Shown here: positions 32,247 through 41,900 of the stretch, in pieces
How the letters are laid out: each line of letters begins with the position of its first letter
Numbering within the stretch: the first letter of the stretch is position 1
Assembly (NCBI GenBank): GCA_963834325.1
Contig: CAWIBL010000012.1
Coordinates: forward strand, 1,022,248-1,086,247
Length of the DNA: 64,000 nucleotides
Direction of reading: 5' to 3'
Source of the DNA: an uncultured Acidobacteriota bacterium
GTDB lineage: Bacteria; Acidobacteriota; Vicinamibacteria; Vicinamibacterales; UBA2999
Program-made: the position numbers and the translations under genes
The notes under the pieces: model-generated
Told to the model about the DNA's origin: nothing
What the model saw: only the letters and a program-made list of their open reading frames with translations
The model's database searches: none

Positions 32247-33377
32247 ATGCCAGAGCCGCCGCCCAGCGACGCCGCCGACGAGATCCCCAGCGTGGCGACC
32301 CCGGTGGATCTGGCGCTCTACGGCTGGGACGAGCGGTGGGCCGAGGCGTTCCGTCCCCACGCGGCGCAGGGGCTCGTGCCGGCGCGGGTGGCCATCGAAT
32401 ACAACCATCTGCTCCGACTCTACACCGCCACCGGCGACGTCCGCGGGCAGCACTCCGGAAAGCTCCTGCACGAGGCGACCGGACGCCAGGCCATGGCCGC
32501 CGTCGGCGACTGGGTGGCCATCAGCATGAACCCCGGCGAGCGCAGCGCGACCATCGAGCACGTGCTGCAGCGCCGCAGCCACTTCTCGCGCAAGGCCGCC
32601 GGCGAGCTGACCGAGCAGCAGGTGGTGGCCGCCAACATCGACGTCGTCTTCATCGTCATGGGCCTCGACCGCGACTACAACCCGCGACGGCTGGAACGCT
32701 ATCTGGTGATGGCCAAGGAAAGCGGCGCCATGCCGCAGGTGCTGTTGAGCAAGGCCGACCTGTCCGACCGCGTCGAGGCGCAGCTCGAGGAATGCCGCGC
32801 CGTGGCCCCGGGCGTGGACGTTTACGCCGTGAGCGTGCGCGACGGCCGCGGCGTGGAACAGGTGCGCGCCGCCCTCGGCGCCGGCCAGACCGGCACGCTG
32901 CTCGGCAGCTCGGGGGCGGGCAAGTCCACGCTCATCAACCAGCTGCTCGGTCACGAGATGCTGGCCACCGCCGAAGTGCGCGCGCACGATCAGCGCGGCC
33001 GCCACACCACGCGTCATCGCCAGCTCGTGCCGATGCCCGGCGGCGGTCTGCTCATCGACACCCCCGGGATGCGCGAACTGCAGCTCTGGACCGAGCCCGA
33101 CGCGCCGCAGGCCAGCTTCGAGGACATCGAGGCGCTGGCCGTCGGCTGTCACTTCACCAACTGCCAGCACCGCACCGAGCCGCGCTGCGCCGTGCGCGAG
33201 GCGCTGGCCGCCGGCGTCCTCGACGCCCTTCGCCTCGAGAGCTTCCACAAGCTGCAGGACGAAGCCCTGGCGCTCGGCGCGAAACAGGACGTGCGTGAGC
33301 GGCTCAAGGAACGGGCCTCGTCGAAGACCATCGCCAAGTCGTTGCGGCAGCTCTATCGCTCCCGCGGCCGCGAGTAA
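32247..33377 (+). CDS. rsgA: Ribosome small subunit-dependent GTPase A
   Basis: AVGDWV, AANID, SKADL, GSSGAGKS, GRHTT, DTPGMREL, zinc finger CHFTNCQH.TEPRCAV. Confidence 0.93.
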   Translation: MPEPPPSDAADEIPSVATPVDLALYGWDERWAEAFRPHAAQGLVPARVAIEYNHLLRLYTATGDVRGQHSGKLLHEATGRQAMAAVGDWVAISMNPGERSATIEHVLQRRSHFSRKAAGELTEQQVVAANIDVVFIVMGLDRDYNPRRLERYLVMAKESGAMPQVLLSKADLSDRVEAQLEECRAVAPGVDVYAVSVRDGRGVEQVRAALGAGQTGTLLGSSGAGKSTLINQLLGHEMLATAEVRAHDQRGRHTTRHRQLVPMPGGGLLIDTPGMRELQLWTEPDAPQASFEDIEALAVGCHFTNCQHRTEPRCAVREALAAGVLDALRLESFHKLQDEALALGAKQDVRERLKERASSKTIAKSLRQLYRSRGRE

Positions 33378-33391
33378 CCCGGGAGCCGTTG

Positions 33392-34060
33392 ATGTCCGTG
33401 ACCCTCCGTCCCCTCGACCACCACCGGCTCTCGGCGGAAGACACGCGGACGCGCGCCGCCCAGTTCGCCCGCCTCGTGGACCGGCGCAGAACCGTGCGCG
33501 ACTTCGCGCCCGACCCCGTGCCGCGCGAGGTCATCGAGAGCTGCCTCAGCGCCGCCGGCACGGCGCCGAGCGGGGCCAACCAGCAGCCGTGGCACTTCGT
33601 CGCCATCGGGGCGGATGCCGGGTTGCGGCGGCGCCTGCGGGTGGCCGCCGAGGCGGAGGAGCGGGAGTTCTACGAGAAGCGCGCGCCCAAGGAATGGCTC
33701 GAGGCGCTGGCGCCGCTCGGCACCGACCCGCACAAGCCGTTCCTGGAAAACGCGCCGTGGCTCATCGCCATCTTCGTGCGCGCCTACGCCGTGGCGCCCG
33801 GCGGCGGGGTGGTCAAGCACTACTACGCCACCGAGTCGGTCGGGATCGCCACCGGCATCCTGATCACGGCCATCCACGAGGCCGGCCTGGCCAGCCTCAC
33901 GCATACACCGAGTCCGATGGGCTTCCTGAACACGCTGCTCGGCCGCCCCGCCAACGAGCGGCCGTTCCTGCTGCTGGTCGTGGGCTATCCGGCGCCGGGC
34001 GCGCAGGTGCCCGACATCAGCCGGCTGCCGCTCGACGACATCGCGACGTTCCTGCCCTGA
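33392..34060 (+). CDS. Nitroreductase superfamily, iodotyrosine deiodinase (IYD)-like
   Basis: RRRTVRDF, TAPSGANQQPW, EEREFY, TDPHKPFLENAP, HYY.TESVGIA, LTHTPSPM. Confidence 0.85.
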   Translation: MSVTLRPLDHHRLSAEDTRTRAAQFARLVDRRRTVRDFAPDPVPREVIESCLSAAGTAPSGANQQPWHFVAIGADAGLRRRLRVAAEAEEREFYEKRAPKEWLEALAPLGTDPHKPFLENAPWLIAIFVRAYAVAPGGGVVKHYYATESVGIATGILITAIHEAGLASLTHTPSPMGFLNTLLGRPANERPFLLLVVGYPAPGAQVPDISRLPLDDIATFLP

Positions 34061-34078
34061 CGACCGGGCCGCGCCGGT

Positions 34079-34609
34079 CTAGGTGCCGCGCACGATCTCG
34101 AGCCGGGCCGAATCACCGGCGCGCAGCGCGGCGAGCGTGTCCCAGGCCACGCCCTTCGTGCCCGTGCGGCGGCCGATGCGCCTGTAGAGCGCCGCCAGCG
34201 CCTCGCTCGACGTGACCTCCGGGTGGTCGATGACCTCGACCACATGTTGCAGTTCGTGAGCCAGCATGGCGACGGCGTCGGCTTCGCGCAGGTTCGGCCG
34301 CATCGACACGCGGACGTAGCGGGTCGAGGGCGAGGCGGCCATCCAGGTGACGCACGCCGCCACGCCCGGGTCCAGGGCGTAGGCAATTTCCAGGTAGACG
34401 ATGACGTCGCCGCGTTCCACCTGCTGGGCCAGCGCCCGCATCGTCGGCGATCGTTCGAGGCCGCGGGTGAGCCACGTGGCCACGCGCGGCGACTGCGGGC
34501 GGAGGCGCGCCGACAGCGGCGGGCTGGCGACGGCGACGGGGTCGGCCGCCGCGGCGAGGGCCGCGAAGGCCATCGAGACGAGGACGGGCGTGAGGCGCGG
34601 GCGCAACAT
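34079..34609 (-). CDS. Secreted hypothetical protein with an HExxH motif
   Basis: Signal peptide MLRPRLTPVLVSMAFAALAAAA; LAHELQHVVE. Confidence 0.7.
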   Translation of the reverse strand: MLRPRLTPVLVSMAFAALAAAADPVAVASPPLSARLRPQSPRVATWLTRGLERSPTMRALAQQVERGDVIVYLEIAYALDPGVAACVTWMAASPSTRYVRVSMRPNLREADAVAMLAHELQHVVEVIDHPEVTSSEALAALYRRIGRRTGTKGVAWDTLAALRAGDSARLEIVRGT

Positions 34610-34793
34610 GGGGGAGGACTCCCTTCCATCGCCCCCCGCCATCCCGCCGTGGTGCAAGACGGCCTCGCGCGGCCGCATTCGTGGAGTTGGACGGGCGCTC
34701 CGCGTTGCCGGTTCGCCGCGCCATGAAGTCAGCGGGGTCCGGCGACGGGACGGACGGCGCCCGGCGGCGCTACAATGCGGCGGCGGAGGCGAG

Positions 34794-35981
34794 ATGATGC
34801 GCGTGCTGGGGCTCCTGACGATCGTGCTGATGACCGCGGCCGGCGCCGAGGCGCGCCAGGCGGCCCCGCGGCCGCGTCCCGCCGCCCCGGCCCAGCCGGC
34901 GGCGCCCGCCGCCAAGCCACCCGCGGCCCCGGTGCCCTTCGTCACGCCGCTCACGCTGGAACAGATGCGCGGACAGCAGGCCGTGCTCACCACCGCGCTC
35001 GGCGACATCGTCATCGACCTGCTGCCCGAGCACGCGCCCAATCACGTCGGCCTGTTCATCAAGACGGCGCGGGAGGGCGGCTTCACCGGCACCACGTTCC
35101 ACCGCGTCGTGCGGCAAGGCATCGTGCAGGGCGGCGATCCGCTCACCACGGACCCGGCCACCCGCGCCAGGGCCGGCACCGGCGGCCTCAACCTGGTGGC
35201 GCGCGAGGGCCTCACCGAGAAGCACACGCGGGGTGCCGTCTCGGCGGTGATCGTGCCTGGGCGTCCCGACAGCGGCGGCACGCAGTTCTTCATCTGCATC
35301 GTCGACCAGCCGTCGCTCGACGGCGGGCACACCGTGTTCGGCCGCGTCAGCGAGGGGCTGCGCGTGGCCCAGCGCATCTCCGAAGGCGCCGCCGACGACA
35401 AGGGCGTGCCGCTCGAGCCGGTGGCCGTCACCGCGGTGGTGATTCGCGACACGCCGGCCGAGGTGCCGCCGCCGTTCTCGACCGCCACGGTGGAAATGCT
35501 GGCTCGGCATCGGGCCGTGCTGGAGACGTCGCTCGGCGACATCACCATCGCCTTCACGCCCGACCAGGCCCCCGAGCACGTGCGCAACTTCCTGCGGCTG
35601 GCCGAACTCGGCGTCTTCGACGGCACCACCTTCCACCGGGTCGTGCCCGGCTTCGTCGTGCAGACCGGCATGCTCTCCACGCGCAAGACGCCGCTCTCGG
35701 AAGCGCAGGAAAAGCACGTGCGCCAGTTGAAGGCCGAGTTCAACGCGCAACCGCACGACGTCGGCGTCGTCTCGATGGCGCGCCAGGCCGATCCCGATTC
35801 CGCCAGCACCTCGTTCTTCATCGTCACCGCGCGGGCCGCGTCGCTCGACCAGAAGTACACGGTCTTCGGCATGGTGGTGGACGGCCTCGCGGTGGCCAAG
35901 GCCATCGAGGCGGTGCCGGTGAACGGCGAGGCGCCGGTGCAGGAAGTGGCGCTGAAGCGCGTGCGCGTGGTGACGCCCTGA
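34794..35981 (+). CDS. Peptidyl-prolyl cis-trans isomerase with two cyclophilin domains
   Basis: Two copies of AP.HV..F / GTTFHRVV / QGG or QTG / FFI / TVFG.V; signal peptide; GGAGG RBS and TACAAT -10 upstream. Confidence 0.9.
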   Translation: MMRVLGLLTIVLMTAAGAEARQAAPRPRPAAPAQPAAPAAKPPAAPVPFVTPLTLEQMRGQQAVLTTALGDIVIDLLPEHAPNHVGLFIKTAREGGFTGTTFHRVVRQGIVQGGDPLTTDPATRARAGTGGLNLVAREGLTEKHTRGAVSAVIVPGRPDSGGTQFFICIVDQPSLDGGHTVFGRVSEGLRVAQRISEGAADDKGVPLEPVAVTAVVIRDTPAEVPPPFSTATVEMLARHRAVLETSLGDITIAFTPDQAPEHVRNFLRLAELGVFDGTTFHRVVPGFVVQTGMLSTRKTPLSEAQEKHVRQLKAEFNAQPHDVGVVSMARQADPDSASTSFFIVTARAASLDQKYTVFGMVVDGLAVAKAIEAVPVNGEAPVQEVALKRVRVVTP

Positions 35982-35997
35982 GAGCGTCTGGCGGCGG

Positions 35998-37090
35998 CTA
36001 GGGCTCGTCGAAGGGCAGGCGGGGCCCGGCACCGGGACGGGCGGGGCGTTCCGGCTTGTCGGTCGTGTCGGCCAGGTTGTGCATGCTGACGCCGAGCAGA
36101 CGCACCGGCCGCGCCCCGGCCTCGGTCTTCTCGAGCAGGGCCAGCGCTCGGGCGGTGATGGCTGCCGCATTACGCGTGGCCTCGGCGCTGTGGCTGCGCG
36201 TCACCGTCTCGAAGTCGGCGTAGCGCACCTTGATGACGACCGTCCTCGAGAAGAGCTGCCGCTTCTCCAGCCAGGCCGCGCCGTCGCCGGCCATTTCGGC
36301 GATCTCGCGGCGGATCTCCTCCAGGCTGGTCAGGTCGTGTTCGTAGGTGCACTCCGACCCGGAAGACTTCGACGCCCGTTCGGGCTCCACCGCCCGGGCG
36401 TCCTTGCCGTCGGCGAGATCCTTGAGCCAGTCGGCCAGCGACCCGACGATGCCGCGCAGGGCCTCGAGGTCGGCGGCGCGCACGTCGACCAGCCGGGTGA
36501 TGCCGTGCTCTTGCAGCTTCTTTGCCGTCACCGGCCCGACGCCCCAGAGCGCGTCCACCGGCAGGCCCTGCAGGAAGCGCTCGACGCGTTCGGGCGCAAT
36601 CACCGTCAGGCCGTCGGGCTTCTGCCATCCCGACGCGATCTTGGCCAGGAACTTGTTCGGGGCCACGCCGGCCGAGGCCGTCAAGCCCGGTCGTTTCCCG
36701 GATCTGGGCCTTGAGGCGCCGGGCCACGGCGACGCCGAGCGGCTCGCCCCAGGCGTTCTCGGTGACGTCGAGATAAGCCTCGTCGAGTGACAGCGGCTCG
36801 ACGAGCGGGGTGACGGCGCGGTAGAGGGCGAAGACCTGCTGCGAGACCTGCCGGTACTTCTGGAAATCGGGATGGACGATGACCAGCGCCGGGCAGAGCC
36901 GGACGGCGCGGGACATGGGAATGGCCGAGCGCACGCCGTAGGTACGAGCCTCGTAGCTGGCCGCGGCGACGACGCCGCGCTTGTCGGGCGCGCCGCCGAC
37001 GGCGACCGGGCGGCCGCGCAACTCGGGGTTGTCGCGCTGTTCCACCGACGCGTAGAACGCGTCCATGTCGAGGTGCAGGATCCGGCGCAT
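35998..37090 (-). CDS. dinB: DNA polymerase IV (one +1 frameshift at about 36685)
   Basis: LHLDMDAFYASVE, AASYEAR, LSLDEAYLD, then SAGVAPNKFLAKIAS..KPDG, VRLLGV. Confidence 0.92.
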
Positions 37091-37143
37091 GGCCACGCTG
37101 TGGGGAGAGCGCCCGTCGCGCCTGCAAGTAAGATAGCTCCGCC

Positions 37144-38115
37144 GTGCCCCCGACCACCAGCCTTTCGCCTCCGTCCCGGCCGCTGCGGCTGCTCGTCACC
37201 GGCGCCGGCGGCTTCATCGGCGGCGCGGTCGTGCGGGCGGCCCTGGCGCGAGGCCATCACGTCACCCGCGTCGTGCGCACCAGGCTCGCCCCGGCCCTGG
37301 CCGGCACCGAGACGATCGTCGCCGACCTCAGCGTTGCGGGCGCGCTCGAGGGGGCGCTCGTCGGGGTCGACGCGGTGATCCACTGCGCGGCGTCGCTGGC
37401 CGGCGGTCCCGACGAGCAGGCGCGCGACACGCTGGCCGCCACCACGCAGCTGCTGACGGCTATGACCGGGAGCGGGGCGGCCCGGCTGGTGCTGGTCAGC
37501 TCGCTCGCCGTCTACGACTACCGCGCGCTGCCGGCGGGTGCGCGGCTCGACGAGACTTCGCCCCTCGAAGGCGACGCGGCCAGCCGCGGCCCCTACGTCG
37601 GCGCCAAGCTGGCGCAGGAGCAACTGGTGCGCGCCCGCGCGCCGCTCGACTGGCGCATCGTTCGCCCCGGCCTGGTGTTCGGACCCGGCCGCGGCTGGTT
37701 CTATCACCTCGGGATGCCCGCGCCCGGCGGCCTGTGGCTGGCGCTGGCCGGGGGCGCCGAGCTGCCGCTGACCCACGTCGACAACTGCGCCGGCGCGATC
37801 CTCGCCGCGGCGGAGGCGCCGGCTGGACGCGTGGTGGCCAACATCGTCGACGACCAGCGCCCGACGCGCGCGGCCTACATGCGCGCACTCGCCGCCGCCA
37901 CCGCGCCGGGCACGCGCGTCGTCGATGTGCCGTGGCCGCTGCTGGCGGCGGGCGGCGGCGTGGCCCACCGGCTCGGCCTCACGCCCGGCATGCTCCACCC
38001 GGCGCGCCTGGCAGCGCGCTGCAAGCCGTTGACCTACGACAACACGGTGGCCCGGCAGGCGCTCGGGTGGCGTCCGGCCGTGCCGATGCCCGAGGCGCTG
38101 AAGACGCTCAGCTGA
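37144..38115 (+). CDS. NAD-dependent epimerase/dehydratase (extended SDR)
   Basis: VTGAGGFIG, VSSLAVY, YVGAK, RPGLVFGPG, HVDN. Confidence 0.85.
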   Translation: MPPTTSLSPPSRPLRLLVTGAGGFIGGAVVRAALARGHHVTRVVRTRLAPALAGTETIVADLSVAGALEGALVGVDAVIHCAASLAGGPDEQARDTLAATTQLLTAMTGSGAARLVLVSSLAVYDYRALPAGARLDETSPLEGDAASRGPYVGAKLAQEQLVRARAPLDWRIVRPGLVFGPGRGWFYHLGMPAPGGLWLALAGGAELPLTHVDNCAGAILAAAEAPAGRVVANIVDDQRPTRAAYMRALAAATAPGTRVVDVPWPLLAAGGGVAHRLGLTPGMLHPARLAARCKPLTYDNTVARQALGWRPAVPMPEALKTLS

Positions 38116-38136
38116 CCGGTCGGCGTCGGGCCCGAT

Positions 38137-38166
38137 CCCGAGACGGCCCCCGAGACGGCCCCCGAG
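38137..38166. repeat. Short tandem repeat, 12 nt x 2.5
   Basis: CCCGAGACGGCC CCCGAGACGGCC CCCGAG between convergent genes. Confidence 0.6.
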
Positions 38167-38182
38167 GGCCGGCGCTGACGGA

Positions 38183-39793
38183 CTACAGGGTCCCGGCCGC
38201 GAGCCCGTCGGCGATGAAGTGTCCGGCGCGCGCCGACAGGGCCATGATCGTCAGCCCGGGATTCTGGAAGGGCGAGGTCGTGAACGCGGCCGAGTCGGTG
38301 ACGAACACGTTGGGCGCGTCCCAGCACTGGTTGTGCCGGTTGAGCACCGAGGTGGCCGGCGCGTCGCCCATCGCCGCGCCGCCGGCTTCGTGAATTGCCG
38401 AGCCGGGCAGCAGCGCGCCCTCGCGCGTGTAGACCAGCCGCCGCGTCACCTGGTAGACGAGGCGGCCGGCAAGGCTTTCCTTGCGCAGGTGATCGACCTC
38501 GAGGCCGCACGTGCCCGCCAGATCGTTCAGCGTCGCGCGCATGTCCCGCACCATGGCCGCCTCGTTGGGACCGTGCACGCAGCGGATGCGCGCCACCGGG
38601 ATGCCCCAGGCGTCACGGCGGGACGGATCGATGGTGACGCGGTTGTCCGGGTCGTGGAGCATCTCGCCGACGGCCATGAAGAACCAGCCCGGTTCGATGC
38701 GGCCGACCGAGCCGAGCAGCGAGTAGCCGCGCAAGAATCCGGCGTCGTGGCGGCCGTTGGCATTGCGGAAGCTGGGCATGTAGATGCCCGACTGCGCGCC
38801 GAAGTCGTAGGGATCGGTGCGCGGGGCGCCCTCGACCGGGTGCGGCCCGGCCTCGAAGATCATCACGTGATCGGTCAGGCCGCGGCCGAGCTGCCCGCAC
38901 GAGTTGCCGAGGCCGTCGGGATGCTGCGGCGAGCGCGAGTTGAGGAGGATGCGCAGCGACTCGATGGTCGAGGCGCAGAGGACGACGGCCCGGGCCCGCG
39001 CTTCGTGGCGCGCGCCGGTGACCCGGTCCACGTACTCGACGCCGGTGGCCCGGCCGGCGCCGTCGACGAGCAGGCGGGCGACCACCGCGTCGCTCTGCAG
39101 CGCCAGGCGGCCGGTGGCGCCGGCGGCGACGAGCGGCGGCGGCACGCGGTCGCCGTTGTGACGCACGATGCGGCAGGTGGTGGCCGGTCGGTCCGGCCAG
39201 GCCGCGGCCAGACGGTCGAGGATCGAACGCTCGCTCGTCGTCACCGGCAGCGGCCGATCGTAGACCCCGTCGGGGATGCTCGGGATGCCGGCGGCGCTGC
39301 CGTGCACGCCGAGGAAGCGCTCGACGCGCTCGTACCAGGGGGCCAGTTCCTCGTAGTCGATGGGCCAGTCGAGGCCGACGCCGTCGACGCGGGCGGCGTG
39401 CAGCTCGTTGTTGCCGATGCGCAGGGCGTTGCGGCCCCACAGGTGCAGGCGGCCCCCGACCTGCCGGCCGCGATACCAGTTGAACGGCGCGCCGCGGCCG
39501 GTGCTGTAGGGATTCTGCCGATCGTTGACGAACAGATGGCGCGTCAGCCGGCTGTAGGACATGCAGCGCGCCTGCATCCCCTGGCCGTCGAGGAAGGCCC
39601 GGGCCCGGGTCATGAGCTGAAGCTTCGAGTGATCCTTGGCGGGTGGTTCGGGGAAGTCGCGAACCGGGTCGAGCGACCGGCCGGCTTCGAGCAGCAGCGT
39701 GTGCAGGCCGCGCTCGGTGAGCTCCTTGGCCGCCCAGCCGCCGGCGGCGCCGGAGCCGACCACGATCGTGTCGTACTCGGGCGGCGTGGTCAC
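38183..39793 (-). CDS. GMC family oxidoreductase (glycoside 3-dehydrogenase-like flavoprotein)
   Basis: VVGSGAAGG..A..L.ERG, VGGRLHLWGR, WPIDYEELAPWY, IHEAGGAAMG, QNPGLTIMAL; GTG start overlaps the upstream stop. Confidence 0.88.
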   Translation of the reverse strand: MTTPPEYDTIVVGSGAAGGWAAKELTERGLHTLLLEAGRSLDPVRDFPEPPAKDHSKLQLMTRARAFLDGQGMQARCMSYSRLTRHLFVNDRQNPYSTGRGAPFNWYRGRQVGGRLHLWGRNALRIGNNELHAARVDGVGLDWPIDYEELAPWYERVERFLGVHGSAAGIPSIPDGVYDRPLPVTTSERSILDRLAAAWPDRPATTCRIVRHNGDRVPPPLVAAGATGRLALQSDAVVARLLVDGAGRATGVEYVDRVTGARHEARARAVVLCASTIESLRILLNSRSPQHPDGLGNSCGQLGRGLTDHVMIFEAGPHPVEGAPRTDPYDFGAQSGIYMPSFRNANGRHDAGFLRGYSLLGSVGRIEPGWFFMAVGEMLHDPDNRVTIDPSRRDAWGIPVARIRCVHGPNEAAMVRDMRATLNDLAGTCGLEVDHLRKESLAGRLVYQVTRRLVYTREGALLPGSAIHEAGGAAMGDAPATSVLNRHNQCWDAPNVFVTDSAAFTTSPFQNPGLTIMALSARAGHFIADGLAAGTL

Positions 39794-40689
39794 CCGCGCC
39801 TCGTGATGTAGCCCCACACCTCGCCGGCCGACCACGCCATCAGCAGCGGCAGCATCACCGGGGCGGCGCGCCAGAAACGCCCGCTCTGGCCGCGGCGGGC
39901 CTGGGCCCCGGCGTGGCGCTTGAACAGCACCAGCGGCAACAGGGGGCCGGCGGCGATGAACTTCAGGCGGGCCAGCGGCGAGACGTTGCGGGCGCGGATG
40001 TAGCCGAACAGGCGGCCCCACTGGAACCGCTCGGGCAGCACCCCGGTCAGGCTCCGGTAGGGCGTCTTGTAATCGACCACCGCCTCGGGCGTGAGATACA
40101 GCGTCTCGCCCAGCTGCATCAGACGCCAGTGCACTTCCGGCTCGTGGAAGCGCGTGTGCCACAAGTCCCGGGTCATCTCCAGGGCGCGGCGCTTGTAGCA
40201 GACGTTGACGTCCGACACCCACTCGCGCGGGCCGGCCTCGAAGGGCGGCGCGTAGCGGCTGAAGTCGCAGGCGTGGAAGGCCCAGTTGAGCGTGTCGGTG
40301 GAGGCACACTCGATGGCGCCGCCGATGACCGCGTGCGGCAACTCGCGGTGCAGCCGCGCCATGGTGGCGCACCAGTCGGGCCGGGCCGGGGCCCGGTCCT
40401 CGAGAATGGCCACCAGGTCCCCGTCGGCGCGTTTCAGACCGGCGGCGCGGCGCCGGTCGAAGAGCTCGTGCTGGCCGCCGGCAGAGTCGATGGGATGGCC
40501 AGTGGCCACGCTCCCGATGCTGAAGAACTCCACCTCGGGGTACTCGGGCGCCAGGGCGCCGATGTCGGGACGCGAGTCGTCGTAGGGCGCGAGAATCCGG
40601 AGCGGCGGCGCCCCGACCTGGCGGCGCAACGCCTCGAGCATGCCGCGCAGCACGTCGTGGCCGTCCACGACCGTGATGATGAGGCTCAT
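39790..40689 (-). CDS. GT-A / family-2 glycosyltransferase-like protein
   Basis: SLIITVV, RAAGLKRADGDLVAILED, IGGAI, NVCYKR, C-terminal amphipathic helices. Confidence 0.6.
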   Translation of the reverse strand: MSLIITVVDGHDVLRGMLEALRRQVGAPPLRILAPYDDSRPDIGALAPEYPEVEFFSIGSVATGHPIDSAGGQHELFDRRRAAGLKRADGDLVAILEDRAPARPDWCATMARLHRELPHAVIGGAIECASTDTLNWAFHACDFSRYAPPFEAGPREWVSDVNVCYKRRALEMTRDLWHTRFHEPEVHWRLMQLGETLYLTPEAVVDYKTPYRSLTGVLPERFQWGRLFGYIRARNVSPLARLKFIAAGPLLPLVLFKRHAGAQARRGQSGRFWRAAPVMLPLLMAWSAGEVWGYITRRG

Positions 40690-40691
40690 GG

Positions 40692-41744
40692 TCACGGCAT
40701 GCGTCCGAGCGCCGGCAGCTTCACGGGCGTGCCCGACGCCGAGCTGTCGCGCACGGCCTCGGCGACTTCGGCGGCGCGCAGGCCGGCGTAGCCGTCGGCC
40801 ATGGTGACGTCGCGGTTGCCGTCCACATAGGCGAGGAAGTCGTTCAGCTCCTCGCGGAACGAGGCCAGCGCCGTGGTCTTCCAGGTGAAGAGCTTCTCGC
40901 GCACCGCGATCTCGGGGTAGTAGCGGTTGGTGGTCTTGCGCGCGCCGCCGGGCCGGTCCATGGTCACGAGCGTGTTGCGCATCGGCGCGTAGGCCGCGCG
41001 CACCATCCCCTTGTCGCCGTAGGCCTCGATGAAGAAGCCGTAGCCCTTCCACTCCGTCCACGTCGCCTGGTATGACGCGGCGATGCCGTCGGGACTGCGG
41101 AACACCGCCATGGCGTTGTCTTCCGAGCCGGGCACCTTCCAGATGCGCTCGCTCGAGAAGCCGAACACCTCGGTGATCTCGCCCAGGAAGTAGCGCGTCA
41201 GGTCGGTCATGTGGATGCCGACGTCCCACATCGCGCCGCCGCCCGAGAGCGGCGCCTTGAACTCCCAGTCGTGCACGAACTTGGGCAGGCCCTCGTGCCC
41301 GCCGAAGACGCGGAAGTGGTCGACGGCGCCGATCTGGCCGGCGCCGATGGCCTCGTGCATGAACTTGATGGCGGGGTAGTAGCGCAGGTTGAAGCCGACG
41401 CCGAAGGCGCGCCGGGCCGCCAGGGCCGCGTCGACCAGGCGCTTGGTGCTGGCGGCCGTGTTGGTGACCGGCTTCTCGATGAGCACGTGCAGCCCGCGCG
41501 CGAACGCGGTCAGGCAGGTGTCGTCGTGGACGTGCACCGGGGTCGAGATGACGACCGCGTCCATGGGCACGTCGAAGAAGGCGTCGAGCGAGGCGGCCAC
41601 CGTGGCGCCGCTCGAGGCGGCCGCCCTGGCCGCCGACGCGGCATCGAGATCGTAAACGGCGGCCAGGCGGGCCGCCGGATGCTCGCGGATGGTGGTGGCT
41701 CTCAGCTGACCGATCTTGCCCGTGCCAATGACGCCTATCCGCAT
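40692..41744 (-). CDS. Gfo/Idh/MocA family oxidoreductase
   Basis: IGVIGTGKIG, ISTP..H, HVLIEKP, GFNLRY, GGGAMWDVGIHMTD, EDNA. Confidence 0.9.
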   Translation of the reverse strand: MRIGVIGTGKIGQLRATTIREHPAARLAAVYDLDAASAARAAASSGATVAASLDAFFDVPMDAVVISTPVHVHDDTCLTAFARGLHVLIEKPVTNTAASTKRLVDAALAARRAFGVGFNLRYYPAIKFMHEAIGAGQIGAVDHFRVFGGHEGLPKFVHDWEFKAPLSGGGAMWDVGIHMTDLTRYFLGEITEVFGFSSERIWKVPGSEDNAMAVFRSPDGIAASYQATWTEWKGYGFFIEAYGDKGMVRAAYAPMRNTLVTMDRPGGARKTTNRYYPEIAVREKLFTWKTTALASFREELNDFLAYVDGNRDVTMADGYAGLRAAEVAEAVRDSSASGTPVKLPALGRMP

Positions 41745-41900
41745 GCGATGACTGCTTTCATCAGAGGACGGCCAGAATACCACGCCGGATCGCGCGAGAC
41801 CGGCGCTCGCCGGCGCGTCGGCCGATCGGTCCCGTGCCGTGGCGCGCGGTCCGGCGCAGTGCTGTGCCGAGGCCCGGTTGCGACCCGGCCCGCGGGCCCC

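Noticed and set aside
38137-38166. Tandem 12-mer, and the CTAGCCCCCGGG duplication at 56258/56288, as CRISPR or REP elements
   Set aside because: Only 2-2.5 short copies, no spacer array, no cas genes, and they do not recur elsewhere in the window.
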